Origin: Psammoneis japonica
Lineage: Eukaryota
Length of the DNA stretch: 57,946 nucleotides
Assembly (NCBI GenBank): GCA_008632985.1
Contig: QPGO01000318.1
Span: forward strand, 1-57,946
Reading direction: 5' to 3'
In this document: one piece after another, positions 12,869 to 26,221 of the stretch
How positions within the stretch are numbered: the stretch's first letter is position 1
Layout of the letters: every line of letters starts with the position of its first letter
The notes under the pieces: generated by a model
Told to the model about the DNA's origin: nothing
The model's input: only the letters and a program-made list of their open reading frames with translations
The model's database searches: none
Position numbers and translations under genes: made by a program

Positions 12869-13765
12869 AGTTGTTTGGTTTGAGGGTGGATCTACGTGCT
12901 GCAGTCTGTTTTTTGGGAGCTCGTAATTTTTATAAAAATGACCCGGATGCATCGTAGCAAATGCGCGCGCTTTCGCAAAAAAGAAATTCAGCGATCGGTC
13001 GAACTTTGTCCGTTCGCCAGACACCCCAGAATGCCCAAACGACAGGTGTGGCCATGCGCAACTTTTACCTCAATGACTGCAGACATGTCTGTAGCCAGTC
13101 AAATGCCACTTGTCGGCATTTCCCAGAAAGTTGCCGCTAATCTCCCACAAGAAGCCCGATTTTAGCGAAAATTGGCAGTTTTTTCGACCTGACAACAGGG
13201 CATGGGTCGACAAGTGGCATTTGAAGCACCAAATGTGCAGCTCTTATAGCTGTCTAACAGCCCCTGTGAGGGTTTGACGAACACATAAGTGTTCGAGGGT
13301 GTTCCGAGGCAGGTCAAAATGACACGGTGAAGTGTGGGAAATGCGAGCCATTTTAAATTAGACCGCAGCACGCAGATCCATCCTCAAAACAGCGCAAAGG
13401 CCACTTGGACTCGTTGATTCTGTTTGTTCGTTTGTGTTAGGAGAGGACGGGGGTGATTCGATCGCAACAACAACAACAACAACAATGATGATGGTGGCAA
13501 CGGCCAAAGTTTTGAGTTTTGGGGTTTTTTCTGCGGGAGAAAAGCAGCCGCGCGCCACGCGCGCAGCGCCGCGCCCGAGCGCTCCTGTCCGTCACACGCG
13601 ATGAAGCAAAATAACCTTTTTAAATAGGTACGTAGATATGAATGAACACAAGTATCATTTAAAATACTTCGTGAATGATGAATGGCATTGATTTCTGCCG
13701 ACCTGTTGAACCGCAACCGCCCACCGCGAACAGAACAAAACACTGACACTCGATACACTCGCGAT

Positions 13766-13838
13766 GACACCCGAGAAAGCGACAGCCGTCTTTGCTTGTA
13801 CTCTAACCTGCCTTTCAGTTTTCCTTACACCACTACAG
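13766..13838 (+). repeat. 73-bp dispersed repeat, copy 2
   Basis: Matches 1529-1601. Confidence 0.9.
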
Positions 13839-13921
13839 CACGATTAGCCCGTTTGAGGAAGCTGCTTCATGTCATAAACTGAGTGGAGACTTTCGTTCTC
13901 CTTATTTTATTTTCTGAAAAA

Positions 13922-16880
13922 ATGAGGCCAACGTCGTTGAGAGGCACCGGCATGTTTGTTCTCCTGGCCTCCATAATATTGCTCCTAGAATGCTCAGTTG
14001 CAGAGGACCACGACAACAAGCAGCTTCGTGATGAGCGTGATAAGCGTTTATCCGTTCTTACAGAATCTCTCGTCAAGTCGCGAGAGAAATTCAAACGCCG
14101 TGAATCTGCCCGGACGTATTGGAAGCGGGCGCTGGAGGAGATTCGAAATTCAACTTCTCGGTATAACGAGACACACTTTACGACGAGATGGAGAAAATCT
14201 TTTATGGAAACAAAGAGATTTGAAGGGTTTCCCTCTTGGGAAGGAATTTTACAGCAGTGGTCAGAGGATATTGCAGACTATTTGGAGAGAACTGGTGAAG
14301 GTGGTGAATACCCAATGTCGACTTATGGAAGACAGTCAACACAAAAAAAGGAAGAGTCTACCATGGTGATTGAAGACTTCCAAGATGCCATGGTGGAAGA
14401 TCAAGTTGCTGATCTCCGTCATCGCGAGAGAGCAGCGGTTCTAAGAAACTTTACAGCTCCGGTTCCAGCGACTGCGGATCAAGAAGTACTGCCTTATACA
14501 GACATATCGGACAAGTCCAAGAAGATATGGATCGTAACTACCGCCGCCTTGCCGTGGATGACGGGCACTGCTGTTAATCCGTTACTTCGTGCTGCCTATC
14601 TGACTAAAGGGCGGGCTCCCCAGGCGGTCACACTTATGCTACCTTGGTTGGAACGTAAGTCAGACCAAGAGCGAGTGTACGGGAAAAACAAGTTGTTTAC
14701 CACCCCTGAGGAACAAGAAGAGTATATTCGAACGTGGCTTGCCGACACTGCAAATTTGCCCCAGCCTAGTCGTGATCTGAAAATTGCATGGTACACAGCT
14801 TGGCAGCAGCGTGCAGAAAATTCTCTGTACAGCATGGGGGATATCACTGCTTTGATTCCGGTGAGTCAGTCGCTGTTGCGGTCGCAGCGACCCCTTTGTT
14901 TTGGCCAAGGTCTCACTATCGCTAACGATCGATTACTTTTGTTAACCACACGAACAGGAAGAGGAAGTGGATATCTGTATTCTAGAAGAGCCTGAGCATC
15001 TCAACTGGTACCGCGCCCCGGGTGAATCATGGACGGCAAAGTTTCCGCATGTTGTTGGAATTATACATACCAATTATTTCTTTTACGCGCAAGAGCAACC
15101 AGCCGCATTAATAAGAGCACCAGCTATGAAACTTCTTTGTAGCTGGATGTGTCGGGCACATTGCCACCGTGTCATTAAATTGAGCGGGACTCTGGGCAAG
15201 TTTTGTCCAGAGAAGGAGTTGGTTGAAAATGTTCATGGAGTACGACAAACATTTCTGACAACAGGACAGCAAGTTGCGAATTCATTGGCGAAGAAAAGTG
15301 ACGACGATATCTTTGGTCCGAATGCAACGCCTACAATATACTTTATTGGAAAGATGCTATGGTCAAAGGGTTTGGGATCGCTCATGGAATTGCTCAAGTA
15401 CGCTGAAAACAGTGCCGGTTTGAAGATCAAGGTTGATATGTACGGAGGCGGTCCTGATTTGGAGGCAGCTAAAACTCGAGCTGAGAAGTTGCGACTAGAC
15501 ATGCCATTCTATGGGCCAATCGACCATTCGGAGTTGGCTTGGACGCACAAGGTGTTTGTTAATCCATCAACGTCGGAGGTGCTGTGCACGACGGTCGCAG
15601 AAGCTTTGGCCATGGGCAAGTTTGTGGTCTTACCTTCCCATCCGTCAAATGACTTCTTTGCTCAGTTTCCGAATTGTCTTCCGTACACTACAAAGGAAGA
15701 GTTTGTCGGTGAGTATGAGCGCAAAGTCTTCCGCATACGGATCTTATATACATCATGTCTCACCACTCTTTTTGTGTTGCTCATTCAGGCAATCTCTATT
15801 ATGCTCTGACACACTCTCCTGAACCGCTCACCGAGGAATACGCCCACGCATTGTCTTGGGATGCCGCTACGGAACGTCTAGAGGCTGCTGGGTGCATTAC
15901 GTTGGAAGAAGCAGAAGCAAAAGACTCGCTCTCCGCGGAAACTGGTGTGGAGGTAATCTTTTGCTCTCACCTTCTGTCATGATTGTTTCTCTATCGTTGG
16001 TCTATGCTCACCGACATTATTTGTTGCGTTCGCGTGCAATGCAGATTACGTTGCCACCATTGATTGAAGACCAAGATGCCCGAAATGCAGTGAAGAAAAC
16101 TCTTCTCCGGTCAAGAGACCGGTACCGTCAATTTCGATCCAGATTGTCACAGGAAATTCAACAGAGTAATGGTGAGTATGTTTGAGGGGTGTCCACATTG
16201 CGCATGAGCTTGTGTTGTATAGGATGCCAGTGGGCGTCTCCTTCTGTTTGCTCACCTTTTTCATATTGCCTGTGGGTTTAGTGCTGCCGAAAGATCTGCA
16301 GATACGACTTGTGGCAGAACTTGACAAACGTCTCGACGTTGACATTGAAACAGTTTTGGAATCGCCCACACTTCGTCTCCAACTATCACCAGGAGAGCTG
16401 GATAAGGTTCTTTTAGAGTTTTATAACCAAGTCACGGTTGGACCAAGTGGTGATTTGCTGCGAGTGATTGGAGGCGGCACTGATGTTGGGCGACAGCACC
16501 TGTACCTGAAACAGCAAGCGGCACGCGAAAGACGACGACGGCTAAAAGTTAATGGAGAAGACGAGCCATCCGAATCAGAAGACTATTTTCCATCGCCTTT
16601 TGAGGCAGACGATTTGCCGTTTGCGACACAGCTAGTTAAGCGAGCATTACAGCGCAACCTACCTCGAAGGCCCGGAGGATTTGCGTTTGCCCCTTCCAAG
16701 GAAAGAGAAACAAGTCTCCGCTCCACGAAGAAGAATCGAGATAAGAATACACCAAAGATGTCTTTGCAACAACGATGCAGGAGCGACGAATGGACATTTG
16801 GGGTAAGAATGCCAGTAACAACGAAAACGCACCCCCTGGCTAGATCATCGTGGACTCCTCCGTTGGTTCCACTCATATAG
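13922..16880 (+). CDS. DGD1: Digalactosyldiacylglycerol synthase (GT4), multi-exon
   Basis: Motifs WIVTTAALPWMTGTAVNPLLRAAYL, ILEEPEHLNWY, IGKMLWSKG and SEVLCTTVAEALAMGK. N-terminal signal peptide. GT-AG introns such as 14861-14957. Confidence 0.92.
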
Positions 16881-16954
16881 ATAGATCTCTTTTCTACAAT
16901 GCCCAATCCTTCCTGTCAATATCGATATGTATTAGTAGCTTTTATTATCTAGTG

Positions 16955-19536
16955 TCATGCAGTCTCACTTTTGCTTGATTCTCTAGACTTGTTGTACAGT
17001 TCGTCCATGACTGTCTTGAAACGCTTGCGATTGCCAGCCACCACCTTGGTCGGGACAGTCTCCTGTCGTGCCTTTCGTTTTCGAGCACGACGCACTGCGT
17101 CATCTTTCCACTTGCTCACCGCCATGAAATCACGAATGCTCCACAAGACGGCCGAGTCTCCCATGTAGGAAAAGGACGACTCGTGAAAGGTACCCGGTCG
17201 AATCGCCAGCGCTCGTTTGGCGGTGGCTCGTTTGTTGATTTCGGTCGTTCCGTTGAGAATGGCCTTGTCCATTGCGGCCTTTGCTCGAATCTCCTTGTGT
17301 CCGGCACACTCCATGTCACTGCAACATAACAAACACGCGGATTGAACACAAGCTAATATTTTAAAGGGAAGCAATGGTAGAGTGAGCGAGTTGCGAATGC
17401 CACGATATTGATATTTTAAGTTTGCAATCACGTACCCCGGCGTGCCAACCTTGTGCCACACTTGGCACACTTTAATGTTTCTCCTCGCTTGGGAGCCCTC
17501 TTGGCGACATTGTTGTCACCGGTACGAGGCTCGGCGTTTGCGTCTTGCGCTTGTGTGCCATCATCATCAACATCAGATGATGCATCCAAACCTGTTGCGC
17601 TCTGTTGAGTGGGAGGGCCTTGTTGTTCAGAGCACTCGTCCACAGCTTGCCCCTCAGCGTCGGAGGACTCGTTCTCTTCCATATCATTGCCGTAAGACTT
17701 GATGGCACCGGCGGGGCCACCACCGCGAATAGACATGAGAGCAGGCTCCTTAGTGACGTCGTCGTCATGCTTGCCTACTACTGTCTTGGTGACTTCAGAA
17801 ACGTCGTGAGATTCCTTTGCAGCAGTCCATTCTTCGAGAGCCTCGCGGTATCGTTGCTTTGCTTGCGAAGCTTGCAATTCGTAGGGTTCTCGCTCGGACC
17901 ATTTCATAGTCTTCCACTTGGCACCAACCACCTTGGCCATGATTTTCCGATCCTTGTGATTGACTCGAATCATTTCTTGTCGTTCGTGTTGAAAAAACAA
18001 ATTGTACGCCGACAGTGGTTTCTTGGGTTTATTGCCATTGTTCTCTTGCTTTTGGGACGCTTTCGGCTTGGAGTCTTTTGTATTCATGGCATTGCAGTGT
18101 TGTTCTGGGAGCAGTGGCGACTGTTGCAACTCTTGTCGAAAATGTTCTCGAATCCATCCCGTTTGCAAGTTGCTCACCATGATGCGGGCAGCCTCTTGTC
18201 GATCGTTCTTGGACTTTTTCCAATCCTCCATGGCACTAAAGTACTTTTTCTTTTCTTCTCGCGCCAAGTCTTCGTAGTGTTGCCTTTTGTCCCTTGCCAG
18301 CTCTTTCCACTTGGCTCCCACCAAACGACCCATTTCGACAAAGGAAATCTGATCATCTTGTTGAATGAGCGCCTCTCGTTGGACTCTGAAAAACAAATTG
18401 TACGCAGACAGTGGTCTCTTGGGTTTGCCATTGGTAGTATGCTTGTCGGCACTACTCGTCTTGCTGTTGTTGCTGGCAGTACTACTCGTATGGCTCTTGT
18501 TGGATCCGTCCTTATTGCCATGATAGTTTGCTCGTTCTTGTTGAGCACGGTCTTCATACTTGGTACGAGTCGCTTCGTCCAGAGACTTCCATTTGGCCCC
18601 AATCTCCTTGGCCATGTTTTTGAAATCCCCGTTCTTCTTGTCCCTCAACATGGCTTGACGTTCATCTTGAAAAAACATGTTGTAAGCCGAGAGTGGTTTC
18701 TTCTTCTTTTTCAACGTAACCTTGGTAGTAGTCGTCGAGTTATTGGCCGCACGGTCCTCGTATTGCTTGCGAGTAGCTTCATCGAGACATTTCCACCTTG
18801 CTCCAATCTCCTTGGCCATGTCCTTCAAATCATTGCCCTTGTCTTGCTGTTGTAACATGGCTTGACGTTGTTCTTGAAAGTACAAGTCGAATGCAGAGAC
18901 TGCTTTCTTTTCTGATTTCGATGTCTTGACGTCTGCATCTTCTCTAGTAGCCACAACACTACTATTCGACGACGATGAGGATGCAGGCGAGGCCGACTTT
19001 GTCCTTGCTTGTGTCACACCGAAACCACCACTCATCAGAGACTCGGCTGTACTACACGACTTGTGACGCCCACCACCACCAAGACCTAGCTTGATCATGG
19101 CATTGGAAGAATCAATCATGGAAAGCAACTCTTGACGCTCGGCAGCTTGACGCAGAGTAGAAAGAGGCACCCGAGTTGGAACATATTGTACTTGCATTGG
19201 TATGTTTCCTGCTAGACTTCTCATGTAGTGTTGTTGTTGTTCTGGAGGAATTCCAACTTGCTGGAGCGCATGATAAGAAGCAGCTTGATTATAATGTGGG
19301 GGGAGTGCCGTGGGAGGAAACAAAGTTCCAAATGGCATAACGTCTCTTGGTAGGGGGAACTGCTGGCCATGTGCAGGAGATGCTTGTGTAATAAGCTGAT
19401 TCGAAGAATAAATGAGGCCTCCGTTGTTGTTGTTCATCCAAACAGGAGGAGATCCGACGTTATTTCCTCGCACGCCTCGGTCGTTGTTGTTGACACGAGG
19501 AGCGGCCTTGGTATCTTCTTGAGAAATCGACGACAT
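16955..19536 (-). CDS. Multi-HMG-box DNA-binding protein (4 HMG boxes) with Cys-containing C-terminal exon
   Basis: Repeated K(K/R)PLSAYN(L/M)FF...(I/V)GA(K/R)WK boxes in 17428-19536. A probable intron after CAKCGTRLARR joins exon 16955-~17360. Confidence 0.85.
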
Positions 19537-20097
19537 GATGATGATGATGTATGCGTAGTAAGTCTAGTCCTGAGAGTAGCGTTGTTCTTCGCTATCAACA
19601 ACTTGAATGAGAGAGAAGATTATTGTGTCTACTTCCTAATGCTCAGTCATTTTTTGACCTGTCCACCAATGAAAAGCTCCCAGCAATTGGGGGGGTGTCG
19701 CTCGTCTTGTCTTTTTGGCGGGAGAAAGGTCTTTGGGGTTGCTTCGTAGGATGAGACAAACATGAGATTTTTTATTTAGGGAGCAATGATTTAATATAAT
19801 AATTATAGAGAATTTGCGGGCATTGTCTGATATATATAGATTATTAAGGCATATAAGCACTAGAAAATTCAACGCTCATAAGAAAATTCTACGACTCTTT
19901 ATTCCAATTTATTAAGATACACATATAATAATGGACTTACTTAAATTCAAAAAGGTTTTGAATAATGATACAAACATACAATCAATACTATGTTGTACAG
20001 TACGAGTTTTCCAGCATTGCCCCGCGACATTTTGAAGGGGGTCGGTGAACATTCTCGAGTCGGGGGGTGAGAGTGACGACATCATGGATCATCATGG

Positions 20098-23000
20098 GTG
20101 TGCGAGGCCATTCGCTCACAAAATGGCCGGTGCGATTTTGTGTGGATTGAACAGCCTGGACAACATATCCAATGGACAAAAAAATGTGCACCAGGTCCTG
20201 TAAATCTTGGATGGACCACGTATGCAGCGTGGACAGACTGCGCTCGCCAGAGCCGTCACTGGCATGATCACTCTCGACTACTACGGTGTGTGTGCAACAG
20301 ATCCCATGGTTCGCAGACGGACAGTTGTTCTTGAAATGTTGCCGCCAACAAAGCACGCTTGACACACAATCGAAAACACAGCAAAAGAATCCTACTTGTT
20401 TTGTTTCCAACACGCATGGTGTGTCTTCTATAGGGTAATGATTCTATTATTGTAATGTCCTCGCGACTACTCGAATACAAGCAAGCAATCCCGCGTCTGC
20501 CTATCCTTGGAAGCCATTTGACTGCCAAACAGTTCCGTATTAATGTCTTCACTATCCAACTCTTCGTCCAGTTGTTCCTGCTGCAAGATCGGATTGGTGA
20601 CTTGCTGCACGCGCTTGGTTCGATTCATGGCGACCCGCGACATGCGTGCCGACACTTGGGGAAAGTCGTCGAGAATCGACAGCAAGTCTTGCTTCTTTAC
20701 TTGATACAAGAGACACTGCGTCTTGGCTCGGGCGCATGTGGTGCGTTTGATTCCAACCAAGAGAGAGACTTCTCCAAAGTACTACAAGATTTGAAAGCGT
20801 ACGGTGAAACAAGAGGTGAGACTCGAGAACCACAAACAACCACCAGAAAGCACAGAATCATTATTCGAGAACTTACGCAGCCGTCTCCAATTACTAGATA
20901 CGCGTCATCCTCTTTGGTCGATGCGTCCGAGAAGAATAGCTCCACGAGTCCGCTGGAAATAAAGTACATTCGATCGCCACTGGTTTGCTCTTGAAAGATC
21001 AATTCCCCCGCAAAGACAATAACGGGCTCGAGTAGCGTTGCCAATTCTCGGCTAAAGTCCTTGTTTTCCGGCGACGACAAGAGAGGCACCTTTTCAATAA
21101 TATCCTTGGCCACAAGTATTTCATTTCACGCAAATGAAGTGGCGACAAGAGTCGGTTCTGCACCAGGTCATAATCAAAGTACTTTTGATTGGGATAAAGC
21201 TGATGAAAGTGGTCGAGTGCCTTTTCTCGAATGCTTGCCGGCAACTTTTTCGCCTTCATGTAACCATCGAGCTGGTTGAGCTTTTCTTCAAAGCTACGAG
21301 ACGCGAGATTGGTTGTTTGGTGAATGGAAATCATCCAAGCGACAATGACGGTTTGAAAGAGTCCGCCCAGCAAGAGACAAATGAGCGTCGTCCAATGCTC
21401 AATCTTGCACCATTCGCTGGTAGTCTCGCAAGACGAGTTTGTAAAACTGGTAGTAGTAGTAGAACAAGAAAGAAAACGAGCATGAGATGAGTGACAAAGA
21501 GGAGCTCAAAAAGACACTACTTCAGTACCGGTACACACCACCCACAAACAAAAACAAAACTACTTACGGCGACACTTGAAACCCAACCAATATGAAAAAG
21601 GCAAGTCCCTTGAAAAAGGACCAATTCCATTGACTGTAAATACTCAAGTCTTGCAAATTCGCCGCCACGACCCAACTATCCTTGGGAAAATCGTAGAGAC
21701 GCACCAGCATGAAATTGATACATCCCATCCAGTGTGCCAAGACGAGCGCCAGGAGAAAGAGTCCACATAGTTTGGACAAGCCGTGACTGGGATGGATATT
21801 GAGCCGTTCTTCCCACCACTCATACGTGGAATTGACCGTCTGGACCAGCTTGCTGGCACGGGCAAAACGAAAGAACTTGAAGAATCGAAAGAGTTTCAAT
21901 GCCTTCATGGAGTGCTTGGCTCCCAACAAGAAACCTCGGTCCGACATGACTCCGGCCTGTAGAGAAGGAGAGAGGAGTATATGGAGAGTATTAGAGGATG
22001 ACAAACATGCATCACCAAACTACAACAACAACACAACAATGACACTATACTCACAATATACAAGACAAAATCATATGGAAAGCTCCCTAGCAAGTCCGCC
22101 ACAAAGTATCCACATAGATAATGCCTCGCCACGGCTTTCCGATCCAACACAATTACATCATTCTCATCAATATACCCCGTCACAAAGTTCTTGAGCATAT
22201 CCAAGACAAACAAGAAATCAAAGACGGTAATCAAAATCAGAAATTTCGAATTCAACTCGTCCCATCCCAACGAGAGCGGTAACGTGACAATCAAGACACA
22301 CATGACGAGTAAGGAAATCATAATGTCCCATAGCGCATGTAGTTTGCCCAATGGATGAATCAACCAAACATCATCACCAATGGTATTGTTTTCAATCCGT
22401 TCTTGATGAGACAAGAAAACATTTCGTGCAAATTGCGTAATCTTGTGCAGCTTGTTGTTATTGTTGTTGTTTGAATTGGATGAATCGTCGTTTTCTTCGT
22501 TTTCTTCATCATGAAAAAACAATCCCGTCTTCATCATGGTCATGTATTCCTTGTAATTGATTTGTCCATCACCATCGGTATCGACTTGTTCTAAAAGTCC
22601 ATCGACAAAGCGTGCCGGATCGGAAACAAAGGGTTGATATTCGAGTTGTTGATTGAGTTTCATTCGAGCAATTGCCAAGAAGACTTCGTTGCGTTGTAAA
22701 TATCCATCCTTGTTTTGATCCATGGCGTGAAAGGCGTCCGTGGCAATCTATACAAAGAAAAGCGAGAGAACGAAAAACGGTATATGTTTAGTGTGAGAGT
22801 ATTGTGTGTGGTATCATATACCCTGTACAAAATAAGCACTTACAATTCTCCAATCCAACCCCGACTTGGTCGTCGTTGGTGTAGCTGTAGTTGTATCCTT
22901 GTTGTTGCCATGTTCGACATCGTGCTTTTCTTGTTGTGGTTGTTGTGGATGACTTCCTCGGGTATAATTTCCTCCGTTGTTGGAAACAACAAACTACTGC

Positions 23001-23258
23001 TCGTACCCAATCGTACTGACTCGGTTTTTTCTTCATGACATGATTAAACGAGAGTGCCAACAAGTCATTTTCGTTATTGTTGGTTTGAGACGAATAGAGA
23101 GCAGAACCATGGCAAAGTCGTTTACTCGGAGGACGTTGTTGTTGTGATAAAAATCTCGGATTGAAATTATTTGCCGCCTGTGCGTCGTCGTTGCTGCTCC
23201 TCGTCATGGCCGCAACGAGTGTCTCGTCGTTATTATTCTCTGCCACCATGGGCGGCAT
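20098..23258 (-). CDS. Cyclic-nucleotide-binding-domain cation channel (HCN/EAG/CNG-like) with N-terminal EF-hand pair; multi-exon, ends approximate
   Basis: EF-hands DQNKDGYLQRNE and DTDGDGQINYKE; S1 IHPLGKLHALWD; S4 KALKLFRFFKFFRFARA; S5 LAHWMGC; C-linker YMKAKKLP; CNBD GELIFQEQTSGDRMYFISSG and RTTCARA. Confidence 0.85.
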
Positions 23259-23475
23259 GTTGTTGCTTTCCGACGGTACTTGCATAATATCAACAACAAA
23301 TAGCAACAATGAGAGATTGCTATCATTGTGAGCATGAGACAGACAAAAAAACTAGAGTGTGTGTAAAAAATGTTTGCACTAGTTTTTTCCTATTACGAGT
23401 ACTACTCTGCACTATACATCTTACTCATACTACCGTATGCTACCTACTCCACATACTACCACTCCACATCCTTCT

Positions 23476-24207
23476 TTACCACCCCCCATCACCTTCCAAA
23501 TGCGCCACGGGCGCCACAAAGGCCGCCGCATCCCAATTGGAGGTTTCCAGCTCGTACGGCTCGGAAATCAACACTTCCTTTGCGGTTGTCACCTTGGCGA
23601 TTTGAATCTTGTTCAAGGCCCGACAATCACGATAAAACAAAATCCGCAAACAATCTTCCAACAAGGCTCGTGCTTCACCTTCGGTCAAATCGGGTGACCA
23701 CTTTTCACGCAACAGCGGTAAGCAAAGATAGGAAGCAAAGCCTGTACAAATCACATCGTCTTGATAGGTTGTTCCAATCTTATCCACCAATCCCAAAAAG
23801 ACTTGACCGTTGGCTTCACATCCTGCCACGAGTACATCGTTCCAGAGTGGATTCATCTTGTTACGACGATTGTACATGACGGCACGCAGATAATTCCAAA
23901 CCTGTTTGGCCGATGATTCTGTCGTGGAATAGAGTGATTCTGCCGTACACTCGTGTTCAATGGCTTGTTGTTCCAACAAATCCGTAATGGCTTGAAAATC
24001 CGAATACTCACCGGATGCTCCAATTAGAGTGGATTGAACCGAAATGATACGACGTGTATCCTTGTATTTTGCCATGGTTCCATAACTGCAAAGCGTATCC
24101 GCAGCCAACATGACACCGTCCTTGTACTTGATGCCTAGTACGGATGTGCCCGTGACGATGGGGCGTGTCGTGCGAGAATTAGTACTTGCTGTTGTGGAGC
24201 GAATCAT
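23476..24207 (-). CDS. PSMB4: 20S proteasome subunit beta-7 (PSMB4/Pre4)
   Basis: TRPIVTGTSVLGIKYKDGVMLAADTLCSYG, YNRRNKMNPLWN and LFYRDCRA. Confidence 0.93.
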   Translation of the reverse strand: MIRSTTASTNSRTTRPIVTGTSVLGIKYKDGVMLAADTLCSYGTMAKYKDTRRIISVQSTLIGASGEYSDFQAITDLLEQQAIEHECTAESLYSTTESSAKQVWNYLRAVMYNRRNKMNPLWNDVLVAGCEANGQVFLGLVDKIGTTYQDDVICTGFASYLCLPLLREKWSPDLTEGEARALLEDCLRILFYRDCRALNKIQIAKVTTAKEVLISEPYELETSNWDAAAFVAPVAHLEGDGGW

Positions 24208-24614
24208 AATGAAGACTAACAAGAAGAAGAAGAGTAGAGACGGAATGGTTGACAATATGATATAACAACAAATCAAACACACTTCTGTTATGTTGCTGTT
24301 GCTGTTTGTTGTTGTTGTTGTTGCTTTGTGCGTGCTGTCGATGAGCTTCGGAAGACTTCGTTGGTGGGTGGATGGACAGACGAAGTTGGATCTTTCGCTT
24401 TTTCGTTTTTCAACGAAAAAATTCAAATGTTTCAAATTTTGGTAGTTTTTTGGCATTTTTCGTTGGGGCACACGCAAATTGGATCTTTCTACATAAATAT
24501 CCGTATTGCTTCTACCTACGCCAATGCTCGTACAATCCCTACACACCGCGAGAAATCAGCCGCTCATTTTCTCACACTCCAACAACAACAACAACAACAA
24601 CAAAAACAAACACC

Positions 24615-26221
24615 ATGACATCCTCCATGGCCTACAACTCAGCCGCTGGTCTCAGTGGCATGCTCAAGGAGGGCCACAATACGCACTCATCTGTCTTGGA
24701 GAGTAGCATATCCGCCGCGACGGAATTATCACGCATGGTTCGTTCGTCACTCGGTCCCATGGGTCTCAAAAAGCTCGTGGTGAATCATTTGGAAAAGTTG
24801 TTTGTGACATCGGACTGTCACACGATTTTACGTGAATTGGAAATCGAACATCCCATTGCCAAATTGGTCGAAACGGCAGCCAATCGACAAGCACTTGAAT
24901 GTGGTGATGGGACCAATGCGTGTGTCAGTTTGACGGGTGCGCTGTTGGAAGAGTGTTTGAATTTGTTACGACAGGGATTGCATGCTTCGGAATTAGTATA
25001 TGGAATTACACATGCCCATAACAAATTGTCGTTGTTATTGGAGGAGTGTGTATGTTTTACCGAAACGGAATTTACCGAATCGTCTCTCCAACAACTTGTT
25101 TCGCCCGTAGTGGGAGCCAAGCAGTATGGATACCACGATACCGTACTTGCTCCGCTCGTGAGTCAAGCGTGTTTGGCCGTCATGGACAAGGACGGAAAGG
25201 TTGCCGTCGAATCGGTGCGTGTGGTAAAAGTGTTGGGTGGAGACCCATCCCAATCCACCTTGATTCATGGATACGTGGCGCAGCGGTCAGTCGAGACGAG
25301 CATGACGTCGGTAGAAAATGCCAAAATTTGCGTCTTTGGTTGTGGTATCGAAGCCAGCTCGACCGAAGCCAAGGGTACGGTCTTGATGAAGACGGCGGAT
25401 GATTTGAAATCTTAATATTACCGAAGAAGCCAAAATGGAAGAATGCATCAAGAGTATTGCCGATGCCGGTGTACGGTTGTGGTGAGTGGTGGCAACGTGT
25501 CGGAAATGGCACTGCATTATTTGCAGCGACATGACATTATGGTACTCAAAGTGGGTAGCAAATGGGAATTGCGTCGTTTGTGTCTTGCCGTGGGTGCTAC
25601 CGCCTTGGTGCGCTTGGGACCACCCACACCCGACGAAGTCGGTCATGCCAATTCCGTCAAGGTCCAACATGTCGGTGGACGTAGTATGACGGTGTTTGAT
25701 TGTGGCAATGACCAAAACAACAAAAAGAAACTCGCCACCCTTGTTTTGCGTGCTTCCACCTCGTCCAATTTACAAGATTTGGAACGCGCCGTGGATCACG
25801 GTGTCTTTACCATTTCCCAAGCCTGTCTGATGGCCGCATGGTGTACGGAGCGGGGGCCACGGAAATGAATCTTTCGATTCAATTGGGAGACTACGCCGAT
25901 ACCCGTCCCGGATTGGAACAGTATGCCATTCGTGCCTTTGCCAAAGCCCTTCAAGCCGTTCCGCGGGCCTTGGCGGAAAATGCCGGCATGGATGCTTCGG
26001 AAACCATCTCCAAACTCATTGCGGCACACAAGGACGGAAAGAAGAATATGGGTATTGATGTGGAACAACTCAATGTGGGGGATAATGGTGGCAAGATTTT
26101 GGATCTCTACAAGACCAAATTGTCCGCCATGCGCTTGGCGGTCGATACGACTCTGACCATTCTTCAAGTGGATCAAATCATCATGAGCAAACAAAGTGGT
26201 GGTGGTGGCGGTGGAAAGTAG
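24615..26221 (+). CDS. CCT8: Chaperonin CCT/TRiC theta subunit, two apparent frameshifts (~25413, ~25828)
   Basis: SSLGPMGLKKLVVNHLEKLFVTSD, ECGDGTN, TEAKGTVLMKTADDL, SKWELRRLC, GAGATE and ILQVDQIIMSK. Confidence 0.92.

Larger units (their letters stand above)
4610..12890. other. TpA-depleted block A (degenerate TE and duplicated DNA)
   Basis: TA is nearly absent over ~8 kb and TG/CA is abundant. CpG is rare up to ~11000 and retained after it. ORFs in all frames almost lack Tyr. Confidence 0.9.

Noticed and set aside
13546..13590. GC-rich patch resembling a hairpin or terminator
   Set aside because: There is no convincing stem or associated element end.
17605..18855. 416-aa plus-strand ORF
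   Set aside because: It is an antisense shadow of the HMG-box gene.
19750..19990. AT-rich stretch
   Set aside because: It looks like ordinary intergenic sequence with no repeat structure I could support.
24208..24546. N-terminal extension of the 356-aa proteasome ORF
   Set aside because: It is open-frame read-through of the intergenic spacer; homology begins near ATG 24207.
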